In this document: positions 1 to 11,903 of the stretch, one piece after another | Layout of the letters: the number at the start of each line of letters is the position of its first letter | How positions within the stretch are numbered: the first letter of the stretch is position 1 | The notes under the pieces: model-generated | Told to the model about the DNA's origin: nothing | The model's input: the letters and a program-made list of their open reading frames with translations, nothing else | Database searches by the model: none | Made by a program: the position numbers and the translations under genes | Origin: Bryobacteraceae bacterium | GTDB taxonomy: Bacteria > Acidobacteriota > Terriglobia > Bryobacterales > Bryobacteraceae | Length of the DNA: 64,000 nucleotides | Assembly: GCA_049521155.1 (NCBI GenBank) | Contig: JBEKPC010000006.1 | Location: forward strand, 262 to 64,261 | Direction of reading: 5' to 3'

Positions 1-401
1 GCGCTCACGTAATCGAGCGCCGGAGCCTGCTTGCGCACGCCGTCAAAAACAAAAAATCGCGCCGCATCGTCCATGCCCACTCGGCCGGTAGTCACGCCGC
101 GATCCTTCAACACTTGCGCCACGCGCTCAAACGGACTCTCGTCTTCCTGCCACACGCGGATCTCGTCGCCGGCGTGAATCAGCTCCCGTGCGCGCATCTC
201 TTCGAAGCCCGGTAGGACCCAGGCCGGCTCGCCTTTGGCGGGGATCACAACGATGAATGAGCGCTCGCTTTTGCCCCATCGCACGCCGGTAAGATATGTC
301 ATCGCGGGTCCCGGCTCCAGCACGATTGCGCCGAGCCCGAACTCCTTCATCGCCTGCTGCGCCTTCTCAATGCGCGCCCGAAATTCGTCTGGTGTTTGCA
401 T
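1..401 (-). CDS. M24-family Xaa-Pro aminopeptidase paralogue, N-terminal part (gene runs off window start)
   Basis: Own minus-strand translation from ATG (complement of 399-401): MQTPDEFRARIEKAQQAMKEFGLGAIVLEPGPAMTYLTGVRWGKSERSFIVVIPAKGEP... It is colinear with the N-terminal creatinase/prolidase-type domain of the complete neighbour 412..1656. Absent from the ORF track because it is truncated by the window edge. Confidence 0.6.
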   Translation of the reverse strand, partial: MQTPDEFRARIEKAQQAMKEFGLGAIVLEPGPAMTYLTGVRWGKSERSFIVVIPAKGEPAWVLPGFEEMRARELIHAGDEIRVWQEDESPFERVAQVLKDRGVTTGRVGMDDAARFFVFDGVRKQAPALDYVS

Positions 402-411
402 TCTTAGGTCC

Positions 412-1656
412 TCATCCGAACGGCTGATCGATAGCCGGACTCTGCTTGGTAAACATTTTCGAGCCGCTCTCGGTGATGTAGAGGCAATCCTCGAGTCGCA
501 CCCCGAACTCGCCGTAGATCGCGATCGTAGGCTCATCGCTAAAGCACATCCCAGGCTGAATCTTCGTCTTATTTCCTTTGACGAAATTCGTCCACTCATG
601 CCCGTCGAGGCCAATGCCATGTCCTGTCCGATGCGGCAGCCCCGGCACTTTGTAACCCGGTCCGAATCCGCCTTTGGTGATCACGCCGCGCGCCGCCGCA
701 TCTACTGATTCGCAGGTCGCGCCCACATTCGCTGCCGCCAGCGCCGCGTCCTGAGCCTTTCGTTCCAGATCCCACACCTGACGTTGACGGTCCGTCGGCT
801 TCCCGAAAATTACGGTGCGCGTGATGTCGCTCTGATAGCCTTCCACGCTCACTCCATCGTCGATCAGCACGAAATCGCCTTCGCGCAGCTTCTGCGGCTG
901 GATGCTGCCGTGCGGGAACGCGGTGTACTTACCGAAGATCGCCATCGCCCCGCCGCTGACGCCCAGCGCTTTAAATGCCGCGGAAATGTTATTCGCCAAT
1001 TCGCCATTGCTCATGCCTTCGCGGAGCGTGGTGAACGCCGCGCGATACGCCTCGATCGTGATGTCGTTGGCGCGCTGTAGCAGCGCAATTTCAGCCGGCG
1101 ACTTGATCATGCGGCAGCCCGCCGTCACCGGATCGGCGCTCGTAAATTCGAGCGCGGGCGCTTCCTTATGAATCCCGTCGTACACCGCGAACCTCACGCG
1201 TTCTTCGACTCCCACTCGTGCGGCGCCACTTTCCTTTAGAATTTGCGCGACCTTCTTGAAGACGTCCGCGTTATCTTGTCCTAACCGCATCTTGAGGTTC
1301 CCAGGATTCATGGTGTCGGCGGCCTTCAGCATCACCGCTTGCACCTCGCCCTTGGCGGGAATTACCAAAGTGAAAGACAAGCGTTCTGGCGTATCTCGAT
1401 GCGCGCCGGTGAAATAGAACGCGCTCGTTCCGGCTTCAAGCACAATCGCGCCGATTTTGTTTTCGCGCATCAGCCGCTGTGCCTTATCGATGCGTGCCCG
1501 CCGCTCCTCGGCCGTGATCGGTTGGATGCCATCCGTCATCGGGCGAAGTTTTTTGATCGCCTCGGGAACATCGGTCCCTTCCGCGCCAGCGAATTTCGCC
1601 GCTCCCGCTGCCGCTACCGCCATGAATATTCTGCGATTCATTTCGACTCCTATCAC
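412..1656 (-). CDS. M24-family metallopeptidase (Xaa-Pro aminopeptidase/prolidase-like), secreted
   Basis: 414-aa ORF. N-terminal signal-like segment MNRRIFMAVAAAGAAKFAGA. C-terminal pita-bread fold motifs (HRTGHGIGLDGHEW, GVRLED). Confidence 0.85.
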   Translation of the reverse strand: MIGVEMNRRIFMAVAAAGAAKFAGAEGTDVPEAIKKLRPMTDGIQPITAEERRARIDKAQRLMRENKIGAIVLEAGTSAFYFTGAHRDTPERLSFTLVIPAKGEVQAVMLKAADTMNPGNLKMRLGQDNADVFKKVAQILKESGAARVGVEERVRFAVYDGIHKEAPALEFTSADPVTAGCRMIKSPAEIALLQRANDITIEAYRAAFTTLREGMSNGELANNISAAFKALGVSGGAMAIFGKYTAFPHGSIQPQKLREGDFVLIDDGVSVEGYQSDITRTVIFGKPTDRQRQVWDLERKAQDAALAAANVGATCESVDAAARGVITKGGFGPGYKVPGLPHRTGHGIGLDGHEWTNFVKGNKTKIQPGMCFSDEPTIAIYGEFGVRLEDCLYITESGSKMFTKQSPAIDQPFG

Positions 1657-2441
1657 ACACTTCTCATTTGTCCGCCGTCCACCTGTAGCGTCGCGCCGGT
1701 GATGTAACTGGCTGCATCGGAAAACAGAAACACCGCCGCGTTCGCGAACTCCTTCGGATCCCCGTACCGCGACATCGGAATCGTCTGCATCATTTTCTTT
1801 TGCTGGTCTTCCAAGCTTACGCCCAGCCGCTTACTGTTCGCCTCGTCAAGCTCCTTCAACCGATCCGTGTCGATACGGCCCGGAATCAGGTGATTCACGC
1901 GAATCTTCTGCCCCGCCAGTTCGCTCGCCAGCGTCTTCGACAACGCCGCCACCGATGCTCGCAGAATATTGGAAAGAGCCAGGTTCGCGATCGGCTCTTT
2001 CACTGAGCTTGACGTCGGCAGAATAATGCTGCCGCCTCCGCGCGCCGCCATCGAAGGCACCGCCAGCCGGATCATTCTTACCGCGCTCATCAACAGCAGT
2101 TCGAACGCCTTCTGCCACGCCGCGTCCTCGAACGTCAACGCCGAGCCTGGCGGCGGCCCGCCCGAGTTGGTAAACAACAGGTCGATCCCGCCAAATCGCT
2201 CGATCGTTTTCTGATGCCACTGCTCAATCGCCGGCGCCGACGAAACATCCGCCGCCACCGTCAGTACGCGCGCGCCGGTCTCTTCCTCGATCCTGCGCCC
2301 CGCGCTTTCGATCGCCGCCGCATCGCGCGACCCAATCGATACCTGCACGCCCTCTTCCGCCAGCCCGCGCGCCACCGCATATCCCAACCCGCGGCTCGCT
2401 CCGGCCACCATAGCCACTTTATTCGTCAGACTTAAATTCAT
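1653..2441 (-). CDS. SDR-family oxidoreductase (3-oxoacyl-ACP reductase-like)
   Basis: 262 aa. Glycine-rich NAD(P) motif VAGASRGLGYAVA near the N-terminus, NSGG motif, length typical of classical SDRs. 4-nt overlap with the downstream peptidase gene. Confidence 0.85.
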   Translation of the reverse strand: MNLSLTNKVAMVAGASRGLGYAVARGLAEEGVQVSIGSRDAAAIESAGRRIEEETGARVLTVAADVSSAPAIEQWHQKTIERFGGIDLLFTNSGGPPPGSALTFEDAAWQKAFELLLMSAVRMIRLAVPSMAARGGGSIILPTSSSVKEPIANLALSNILRASVAALSKTLASELAGQKIRVNHLIPGRIDTDRLKELDEANSKRLGVSLEDQQKKMMQTIPMSRYGDPKEFANAAVFLFSDAASYITGATLQVDGGQMRSV

Positions 2442-2470
2442 GGATAGCTTCCTAGTCTACCGAACATTCA

Positions 2471-2487
2471 GGCTGTTGGCTGTTCTT
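2471..2487. repeat. Degenerate heptamer microrepeat (GGCTGTT x2 + CTT)
   Basis: GGCTGTTGGCTGTTCTT in the SDR / MBL divergent spacer. A variant of the GGCTACT motif. Confidence 0.4.
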
Positions 2488-2501
2488 ATAAAGTAGAACC
2501 A

Positions 2502-3764
2502 ATGACCAAGCTGTTCTTCGCATCCGCGCTTGCATCGATCGCCGCCTTCGCGCAGCTCGGCTCCGATCCTCTCTCACCGCTTCGGGAAGGCCTCGACCGC
2601 AAGGAAGCGCTCCAGATCACCGAGAACATCTACCAAGCCGTTGGCTTCGGCAACACGTTTCTTGTCACTACCCCCGACGGCAACGTGATCATCGATACAT
2701 CGTCCATCTTGTCCGCGCCGCTCCACGTGAAACTGTTGAAGGCACGTAGCGCAGCTCCTGTGAAGTACATCATCCTGACCCATGGCCACGGCGATCATAC
2801 CGGCGGCGTTGCCTTGTGGAAGGAACCGGGAACGCAGGTGATCGCGCAAAAGAATCAGGTGGAATTTCTGAACTATCAGGAGAGGCTCAACCGGTTTTTC
2901 GCGCTCCGCAACTCCGCCCAGTTCGTCTTTCCCACACCACCGGCGATGACCTGGCCCGGCGATGAAGGCGCGAAGCAACTCGCCACGATTCTCTTCGACG
3001 ACAAATATGAGTTCACGCTAGGCGGCGTGAAATTCCAGCTTTTCTCTACTCCCGGGGAAACGCCCGATCATCTTTCCGTGTGGATTCCGCAATGGAAAGC
3101 CGCGTTCACCGGCGATAACTTCTATGCGTCGTTCCCCAACATTTATACCCTGCGTGGAACCGAGCCGCGTATGGCGCTCGATTACGTTCATTCCCTCGAT
3201 AAGGTTTTGTCGTGGAATCCGGAGATTCTCTTGCCGAGCCACGGCCCCGCAATCAGCGGCGCGGCGGAAATTACGACTCGCGTAACAAAATATCGCGACG
3301 CGATTCTTTACGTGCATGACGCAGTCGTGAAAGGAATGAACGACGGCAAGGATGTCTTCACGCTGATGCGCGAGATCAAACTGCCGGAAAATCTGAATGT
3401 CGGCGAAGGCTACGGCAAGCTCACCTGGTCGATTCGCGGGATCTACGAAGGCTACGCCGGCTGGTTCGATTTGAATCCGGCAACCATGTATGAGGCCCCT
3501 CCGTCATCTCCCTACAATGACCTGGTGAAGCTGGCAGGAGGCCCGGATCCAGTAGTAGCGCGTGCCAGAGAAGTGCTTCAGGAAGGCCGCGCAGCCGAAG
3601 CATTGCGTCTAATCGACGCCGCCCTAACAGCCGACCCGCATCATCGCGGAGCTTGGCAAGCAAGACTGAAAGCTCTGGAGTACCTCCGCGACCACTCCAA
3701 AAATTCCAACGAACAAGGCTGGCTAAACTACAGCATCAGAGAAACCCAGGCAAAGTTAAAATAG
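2502..3764 (+). CDS. MBL-fold metallo-hydrolase, alkyl/aryl-sulfatase-like (MBL + dimerisation domain, no SCP2 tail)
   Basis: 420 aa. Signal peptide. HGHGDHTGG zinc motif. C-terminal helical region (LRLIDAALTADPHHRGAWQARLKALEYL) resembles the alkyl-sulfatase dimerisation domain. Confidence 0.7.
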   Translation: MTKLFFASALASIAAFAQLGSDPLSPLREGLDRKEALQITENIYQAVGFGNTFLVTTPDGNVIIDTSSILSAPLHVKLLKARSAAPVKYIILTHGHGDHTGGVALWKEPGTQVIAQKNQVEFLNYQERLNRFFALRNSAQFVFPTPPAMTWPGDEGAKQLATILFDDKYEFTLGGVKFQLFSTPGETPDHLSVWIPQWKAAFTGDNFYASFPNIYTLRGTEPRMALDYVHSLDKVLSWNPEILLPSHGPAISGAAEITTRVTKYRDAILYVHDAVVKGMNDGKDVFTLMREIKLPENLNVGEGYGKLTWSIRGIYEGYAGWFDLNPATMYEAPPSSPYNDLVKLAGGPDPVVARAREVLQEGRAAEALRLIDAALTADPHHRGAWQARLKALEYLRDHSKNSNEQGWLNYSIRETQAKLK

Positions 3765-3788
3765 CCGCGCGAAGCGCAACCTAATTCC

Positions 3789-3807
3789 GGCTACTGGCTT
3801 CTTCTTC
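3789..3807. repeat. GGCTACT-type microrepeat (MBL / modC convergent spacer)
   Basis: GGCTACTGGCTTCTTCTTC. Same core and the same CTTCTTC ending as the atp-operon copies. Confidence 0.55.
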
Positions 3808-4876
3808 AGAGCACGCGAAGCGTGCCAGCAGGAAACTCAATCACCCAATCTTTGTTATCTCTCTGCCGTTCAAATTCCGCACGACCCACATCCGCGAAAA
3901 TGCCGCCTTCGAATTCCAGCCGCATCCATTGAGCCTTCTCAACCGCGCGCAACAATATCCCCGGGATCTGGTTCGGACCCGGCTTCCCGAGCCGCGCCGA
4001 AACAACCAGCTGCTCCGGCCGCACGCACAAGATAACGCGATCCCCTTTGAAGCGCCCCGGGAAATACGGACCCTCCAGTTCAAACTCGCCCATCTGTACT
4101 TTACTCGTATTGCGTCCCGGATCCAGCGCGCGGATTTCGCATGGGATCAGATTGTACGCGCCCAGCAGCCGCGCCACTTCGAGATTCGCCGGCTGATCCA
4201 GAATTTTTCGCGGTGTCCCGCTCTGCACGATCTTTCCTTCGCGTAGGATCAACATCTCTTCGCCCAGTTCGAAACATTCGTCCAGATCGTGCGTAACCAG
4301 CAGCACCGGAGTCTTGAAATCCGCGCGCACCTGCCGCAGTACTTCGTAGAATTCTGTCTTCAGCGGCGCATCGAGGCCTTGTCCAGGCTCATCCAGCAAT
4401 AACAATTTTGGCGCTACGATCAACGCCCGTGCGATGGAGCACCGCTGCCTCTGTCCTCCCGAAACCTCATGCGCACGCCGTCCCGCGGCTTCCGTCAATC
4501 GAAAAGTCTCCAGCATCTCGTTCACCCGCCGATGCCGTTCCAAGCGCGGCCGGCGCTCCGCCGCGAACATCAGGTTCTGTCGCAGAGTCATGTGCGGAAA
4601 CAACGCATAATTTTGAAACACGTATCCGCAGTTGCGCGCCTGCGGAGGCAAATGCACCCCTGTCGCACCATCGAACAGCAGCTCGTCGTCCAGCAGAATG
4701 CGCCCTTCGTCCGGTCGCGTGAAGCCGGCGATCGCATCAAGCACTTGTGTCTTGCCGGACCCGCTCGGCCCGAACAACACCGTCACACCGGAGGCCGCTT
4801 GAAACTCCAGTTCCAGCGAAAATCCAGCCGAATCAGGACGCTGCGGAAATGTTTTACGAAGGCGCGCCTGAAGCAT
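3806..4876 (-). CDS. modC: Molybdate ABC transporter ATP-binding protein with C-terminal TOBE/Mop-like domain
   Basis: Walker A GPSGSGKTQ, signature VSGGQRQR, Walker B LLLLDEP. Start moved to internal ATG (MLQARLRKTF, complement of 4874-4876), 5 nt after the modB stop. The 447-aa track ORF overlaps modB. Confidence 0.8.
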   Translation of the reverse strand: MLQARLRKTFPQRPDSAGFSLELEFQAASGVTVLFGPSGSGKTQVLDAIAGFTRPDEGRILLDDELLFDGATGVHLPPQARNCGYVFQNYALFPHMTLRQNLMFAAERRPRLERHRRVNEMLETFRLTEAAGRRAHEVSGGQRQRCSIARALIVAPKLLLLDEPGQGLDAPLKTEFYEVLRQVRADFKTPVLLVTHDLDECFELGEEMLILREGKIVQSGTPRKILDQPANLEVARLLGAYNLIPCEIRALDPGRNTSKVQMGEFELEGPYFPGRFKGDRVILCVRPEQLVVSARLGKPGPNQIPGILLRAVEKAQWMRLEFEGGIFADVGRAEFERQRDNKDWVIEFPAGTLRVL

Positions 4877-4881
4877 GGTAA

Positions 4882-5538
4882 TCAGCGGGGATTCAGACGA
4901 TTCGCAACACTCAGAATCGCCAGCATGATAATCGATACCACCAGCACGAAGGTCCGCGCCACCGCTCCGTTGCCCGCTTCCACCGCGTCGTAAATCGCCA
5001 GCGAAACAGTTTGGGTGCGCCCCGGAATATTGCCCGCCACCATCAGCGTGATGCCGAAATCGCCCATCGCTTGTGCGAACGCCAGCGCCCCCGCCGCAAA
5101 AATCGACCGATGCGCAAGAGGCAGAGTCACCCGCCAAAATAATCGCCATTCTGACGCCCCGAGCGTTCGCGCCGCGCGCTCATAACTGCGGTCGACGCTT
5201 TCAAACGCCGCCCGCGCCGATTTTACCAGCAGCGGCAGCGAATGCAACAGCGCCGCCACTACCGCCGCTTTCCACGTGAATACCAGCGGCGATCCAAAAA
5301 TCATTTCCCACAGTTTTCCCAGCGGACTCGCTCGTCCGATCAACACCAGCAAGTAGTAGCCGAGCACGGTGGGAGGCAGCACCAGTGGCAACGTGACCAT
5401 CGCATCCACCACTTCTTTAAATCGAAATTCGCGATTAGCCAGGATGTAAGCCAGCCACAACCCGAACGCCAGCGCCACCGCGGTCGACACCACAGCCACG
5501 CGCAGGCTGAGCCACAGCGGAAACCAGTCGATCTGCAT
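4882..5538 (-). CDS. modB: Molybdate ABC transporter permease
   Basis: 218 aa, multi-TM. EAA-loop region SYERAARTLGASEWRLFWRVTLP is typical of ModB/CysTW permeases. Confidence 0.85.
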   Translation of the reverse strand: MQIDWFPLWLSLRVAVVSTAVALAFGLWLAYILANREFRFKEVVDAMVTLPLVLPPTVLGYYLLVLIGRASPLGKLWEMIFGSPLVFTWKAAVVAALLHSLPLLVKSARAAFESVDRSYERAARTLGASEWRLFWRVTLPLAHRSIFAAGALAFAQAMGDFGITLMVAGNIPGRTQTVSLAIYDAVEAGNGAVARTFVLVVSIIMLAILSVANRLNPR

Positions 5539-5548
5539 GGATGGTCAA

Positions 5549-6895
5549 TTATAACGGTTCGAATCTCGCCGTGAAATGCCGCAGATAAGCCGGCGAATAA
5601 GTCATTCGCAGTCCGCGCAGCGAATCCTTGCGAGCATTTACTTCAAGAATCGCTTCCACCAGATAATCGATATGACTCTGCGTGTAAACGCGCCGCGGAA
5701 TCGCCAGACGCAATAATTCATGCCGCGCGTGTTCCCCGAACATTACTGACCCGATCTCGACGCTCCGCACTCCCGCGTGCCGATACAATTCCACCGCCAG
5801 CGATTGACCCGGAAACTCGTGTTTCGGAATATGCGGCAACATCTTCCCCGCGTCGATGTAAATCGCGTGGCCGCCCGGAGGCTCGACGATCGGCACTCCA
5901 TGATCCGCAATTTTTCGACCCAGATAACCCGTCGACGCGATTCGATATTCCAGATAGTCGCGATCCAACACTTCTTCCAACCCCACCGCGATCGCTTCCA
6001 GATCGCGCCCGGCCAGTCCGCCGTAAGTCGGGAAACCCTCCGTCAAAATCAGCAAATCGCGCTCCTTCAGCGCGACCTCGTCGTCATTCGTGCATAGAAT
6101 CCCGCCGATATTCGCGAACGCATCTTTCTTTGCGGAGAACGTGCAGCCATCCGCGTGCGAAAACATTGCCTGCGCAACTTGTTTCGGTGTCAGCCGCTCG
6201 AACCCAGGCTCCTGCTGTTGAATGAACCACGCGTTTTCCGCGAACCGGCACGCATCCAGATAAAACGGAATCTTATGCTGCTTGGCGATCGTATGCACCG
6301 CGCGGATATTCGCCATCGAAACCGGCTGTCCTCCGCCGGAATTGTTCGTCACCGTCAGCATGATCAGCGGAATCTTCGCCGCGCCCTCTATTTCAATCAG
6401 CCTTTCGAGCGCCGCGACGTCCATGTTCCCTTTGAACGGAATCCTCGCCTGCGTGTCGGACGCCTCCGGCAGCGGCAGATCTACCGCCCGCGCTCCACTG
6501 AATTCAATGTTCGCCCGCGTCGTATCGAAGTGAGTATTGTTCGGCACGACATGCCCTGGCCGGCACATCACCGTAAATAGAATGCGCTCCGCCGCCCGTC
6601 CCTGATGCGTGGGAATCATGTGGCCGAACCCCGTCAGTTCGTCCACCACCTTCTTCAACCGGAAAAAGCTCTCGCTCCCCGCGTACGATTCGTCGCCCCG
6701 CATCATCGCCGACCACTGCGCCGTCGACATCGCGCTGGTGCCCGAATCCGTCAGCAAATCGATCAGGATGTCGTTCGCCCGCAGCTCGAAAAGGTTATAC
6801 CCGGCTTTTTGAAGAAATGTTTCGCGCTGCGCCGGCGTCGTGTGGCGCAACGGCTCGACGCTACGGATGCGGAACGGCTCGATGATGGTTTTCAT
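5549..6895 (-). CDS. Beta-eliminating lyase (tryptophanase / tyrosine phenol-lyase family), PLP-dependent
   Basis: 448 aa, colinear end to end with TnaA/TPL as remembered: EPFRIRSVEP, DLLTDSGT, PTHQGR, the SAKKD PLP-lysine motif and the C-terminal LRHFTARFEP. Substrate (Trp vs Tyr) not decidable by eye. Confidence 0.9.
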   Translation of the reverse strand: MKTIIEPFRIRSVEPLRHTTPAQRETFLQKAGYNLFELRANDILIDLLTDSGTSAMSTAQWSAMMRGDESYAGSESFFRLKKVVDELTGFGHMIPTHQGRAAERILFTVMCRPGHVVPNNTHFDTTRANIEFSGARAVDLPLPEASDTQARIPFKGNMDVAALERLIEIEGAAKIPLIMLTVTNNSGGGQPVSMANIRAVHTIAKQHKIPFYLDACRFAENAWFIQQQEPGFERLTPKQVAQAMFSHADGCTFSAKKDAFANIGGILCTNDDEVALKERDLLILTEGFPTYGGLAGRDLEAIAVGLEEVLDRDYLEYRIASTGYLGRKIADHGVPIVEPPGGHAIYIDAGKMLPHIPKHEFPGQSLAVELYRHAGVRSVEIGSVMFGEHARHELLRLAIPRRVYTQSHIDYLVEAILEVNARKDSLRGLRMTYSPAYLRHFTARFEPL

Positions 6896-6912
6896 CCATC
6901 CCTATCGTGTCA

Positions 6913-7166
6913 CTACCCGGCCTTGTCCGCTAGCACCCGCACGTGATTGTCGCGAACCTCAACGTACCCGCCGGATACCGTGATCTCGCGCGTCTGCCCG
7001 CCAGACGTGATTTTCAGCACGCCCGCTCCCAATTCCCCCAGTAGCGCCGCGTGACCCGGCAGCACGCCCAAATAGCCGTCCTTGCCCGGAATTTCAGCGT
7101 ACTCCGCCTGCTGATCTAGCACCAGTTTCTCGGGCGTCACCACTTCGATCTGGAACGTCTCCGCCA

Positions 7167-7167
<1 letters not shown>
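6913..7167 (-). CDS. atpC: F1 ATP synthase epsilon subunit, short form (beta-sandwich only)
   Basis: 84 aa. Typical N-terminal domain (VVTPEK..., IPGKDGYLGVLPGHAALL, GGYVEV). TGATG stop/start overlap with atpD. No C-terminal helical hairpin. Confidence 0.8.
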
Positions 7168-8615
<1,448 letters not shown>

Positions 8616-8638
8616 CTACTCCCCAGCAGCAAAACACT

Positions 8639-8737
8639 GCGAAAAACCGGGACTGACTACTCTGTCCCAAGGCGGGCTAAAGCCCGCGCAAACTCTCTAA
8701 ATCAGGTCGCCGCGTGGACAGAGCGGTTTGTCCCGGC
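8639..8737 (+). repeat. Dispersed intergenic repeat family B, copy 1 (three-hairpin element) in the atpD-atpG spacer
   Basis: GCGAAAAACCGGGACTGACTACTCTGTCCCAAGGCG-GGCTAAAGCCCGC-...GCCGCGTGGACAGAGCGGTTTGTCCC. Hairpins GGGAC/GTCCC, GCGGGC/GCCCGC and GGACA/TGTCC. Confidence 0.75.
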
Positions 8738-8760
8738 CTTTCGCCCTACGCTCTAACTTC

Positions 8761-9621
8761 CTACTCCAGCGCCGCCGCCCCGCTCACCACTTCAATAATT
8801 TCCCTCGTGATACTAGCCTGCCGCACCCTGTTCATATACAGCGTCAGCTTGTCGATCACGTCATTCGCGTTCTGCGTCGCCGCATCCATCGCCGTCATGC
8901 GGGCCGCCAGGTACGCCGCCGCCGATTCCAGCAGCGCCCGATAAATTTGCACCTTCAGATACCGCGGCAGCAGGCTCCCCAGAATCTCCTCCGGCTTCTG
9001 TTCGTAGATATAATCCACCGGCGTAGCCGACTTCGGCACTTCAATCGGTAGCAGCCGCGTCTGCGCGATCGTGGACGACATCACGCTCTTGAACTCATTC
9101 ACAAACAGATAAACCGCGTCGATTTCCGCCTTCGCGAAGCGATCGATAATCGCCTGCGCAATTTTCTCCGCGTCCTCGAACTTCACGTTTCGAAACACGT
9201 CGATGTGCTCGCCTGCGATATGCGAAAAGCGCTTTTTGAAGTAGTCGCGCCCTTTGCGCCCGATCAGTTCAAAACTCAAATCGTCTGCCGTCCGCTCATT
9301 CGCGAACCGATGCGCCATCTTGATCAGGTTCGCATTGAACCCGCCCGCCAGTCCGCCATCCGCTGTAATCACCACCAGCAAAATTCGCTTTTCCGGACGC
9401 ACCACTAATAAAGGATGCGTATCGCCATCACCCGCGCTGGCCACCGCTTCCGCCACATTGGCCAGCATCTGCTGAATCGCCTTCGCGTACGGCCGCGCCG
9501 CAATCGCCCGCTCCTGAGCCTTCCGCAGCTTCGCCGCCGAGACCATTTTCATGGCCTTCGTGATCTGCTGCGTATTCTTAACCGAGCGGACCCGCCGCCG
9601 GATATCAATCAAACTAGGCAT
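8761..9621 (-). CDS. atpG: F1 ATP synthase gamma subunit
   Basis: 286 aa. N-terminal IRRRVRSVKNTQQITKAMKMVSAAKLRKAQ and C-terminal NRVRQASITREIIEVVSGAAAL are gamma hallmarks. Confidence 0.95.
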   Translation of the reverse strand: MPSLIDIRRRVRSVKNTQQITKAMKMVSAAKLRKAQERAIAARPYAKAIQQMLANVAEAVASAGDGDTHPLLVVRPEKRILLVVITADGGLAGGFNANLIKMAHRFANERTADDLSFELIGRKGRDYFKKRFSHIAGEHIDVFRNVKFEDAEKIAQAIIDRFAKAEIDAVYLFVNEFKSVMSSTIAQTRLLPIEVPKSATPVDYIYEQKPEEILGSLLPRYLKVQIYRALLESAAAYLAARMTAMDAATQNANDVIDKLTLYMNRVRQASITREIIEVVSGAAALE

Positions 9622-9627
9622 TTTATT

Positions 9628-11240
<1,613 letters not shown>

Positions 11241-11245
11241 GAGCT

Positions 11246-11782
11246 TTAGCTCAAGAGGGTCGTCCGCAGCCTTTCCAATTGTCCCCGCACGCTGCCGTCG
11301 TAAACTTTCGAGCCGACACGCGCCACCACTCCAGCCACCAGCGCCGGATCGGTTGCAAATCTGAGCTTCGCCTTTTTCCCCGCCATCCGCGTCAACTGTA
11401 CTTCGAGCGCCGCCTGCTGCGCATCGTTGAGCGGCTTCGCACTCGAAACATCGGCGCGAATAAATCCTAAATGCTCGTCCAGCAAGACCTCGAACGCCTC
11501 CACAATGGACGGAATTTCATGCACCCGCCGATGATCGATCACCACGTACAGAAAATTGCGGATCTTCACATGAACGTTAATCAGCTTCGCCACCACTGCT
11601 CGTTTTCGCGAAGGCGAAACCGCCGGCGAGAGCAGCGCGTTTTTCAAATCATGCGACTCCAAAATCATCGCCGCAACCTGCCGCAACTGTTCCAGCGCCT
11701 GCTGTGGCTCAATCCCCGATCCAGGAGCCGTCACCACATCAACCAGCGCCTTCGCGTATCTCGTAGAAACAGCCGAAAGCAT
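11246..11782 (-). CDS. atpH: F1 ATP synthase delta (OSCP) subunit
   Basis: 178 aa. RYAKALVDV N-terminus and C-terminal GSKVYDGSVRGQLERL are typical of OSCP/delta. Position between b and alpha. Confidence 0.9.
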   Translation of the reverse strand: MLSAVSTRYAKALVDVVTAPGSGIEPQQALEQLRQVAAMILESHDLKNALLSPAVSPSRKRAVVAKLINVHVKIRNFLYVVIDHRRVHEIPSIVEAFEVLLDEHLGFIRADVSSAKPLNDAQQAALEVQLTRMAGKKAKLRFATDPALVAGVVARVGSKVYDGSVRGQLERLRTTLLS

Positions 11783-11800
11783 CTAGCGCCCCATCCTTGC

Positions 11801-11903
11801 AGACATCAATTCTTCAACCGGTATTCCGAGTGGGGCGGACGCCCCGTCCGCGCCGGCCCCCCCGGTCCGGCTCTTTTCTTTCGGAGACATCAATTCTTCA
11901 ACC
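11801..11903. repeat. 19-bp direct repeat bracketing an 84-bp period at the atpF stop
   Basis: AGACATCAATTCTTCAACC occurs at 11801-11819 and 11885-11903. The second copy contains the atpF stop codon and last codons. The intervening sequence contains the GGGGCG-GA-CGCCCC hairpin and a C-rich run. Confidence 0.8.

Noticed and set aside
4877-5149. N-terminal 91-aa extension of the modC ORF (track ORF 3806..5149)
   Set aside because: It overlaps the modB coding sequence in another frame and is Gly/Arg-rich nonsense. A proper ATG (MLQARL...) lies 5 nt after the modB stop, and the ABC domain begins there.
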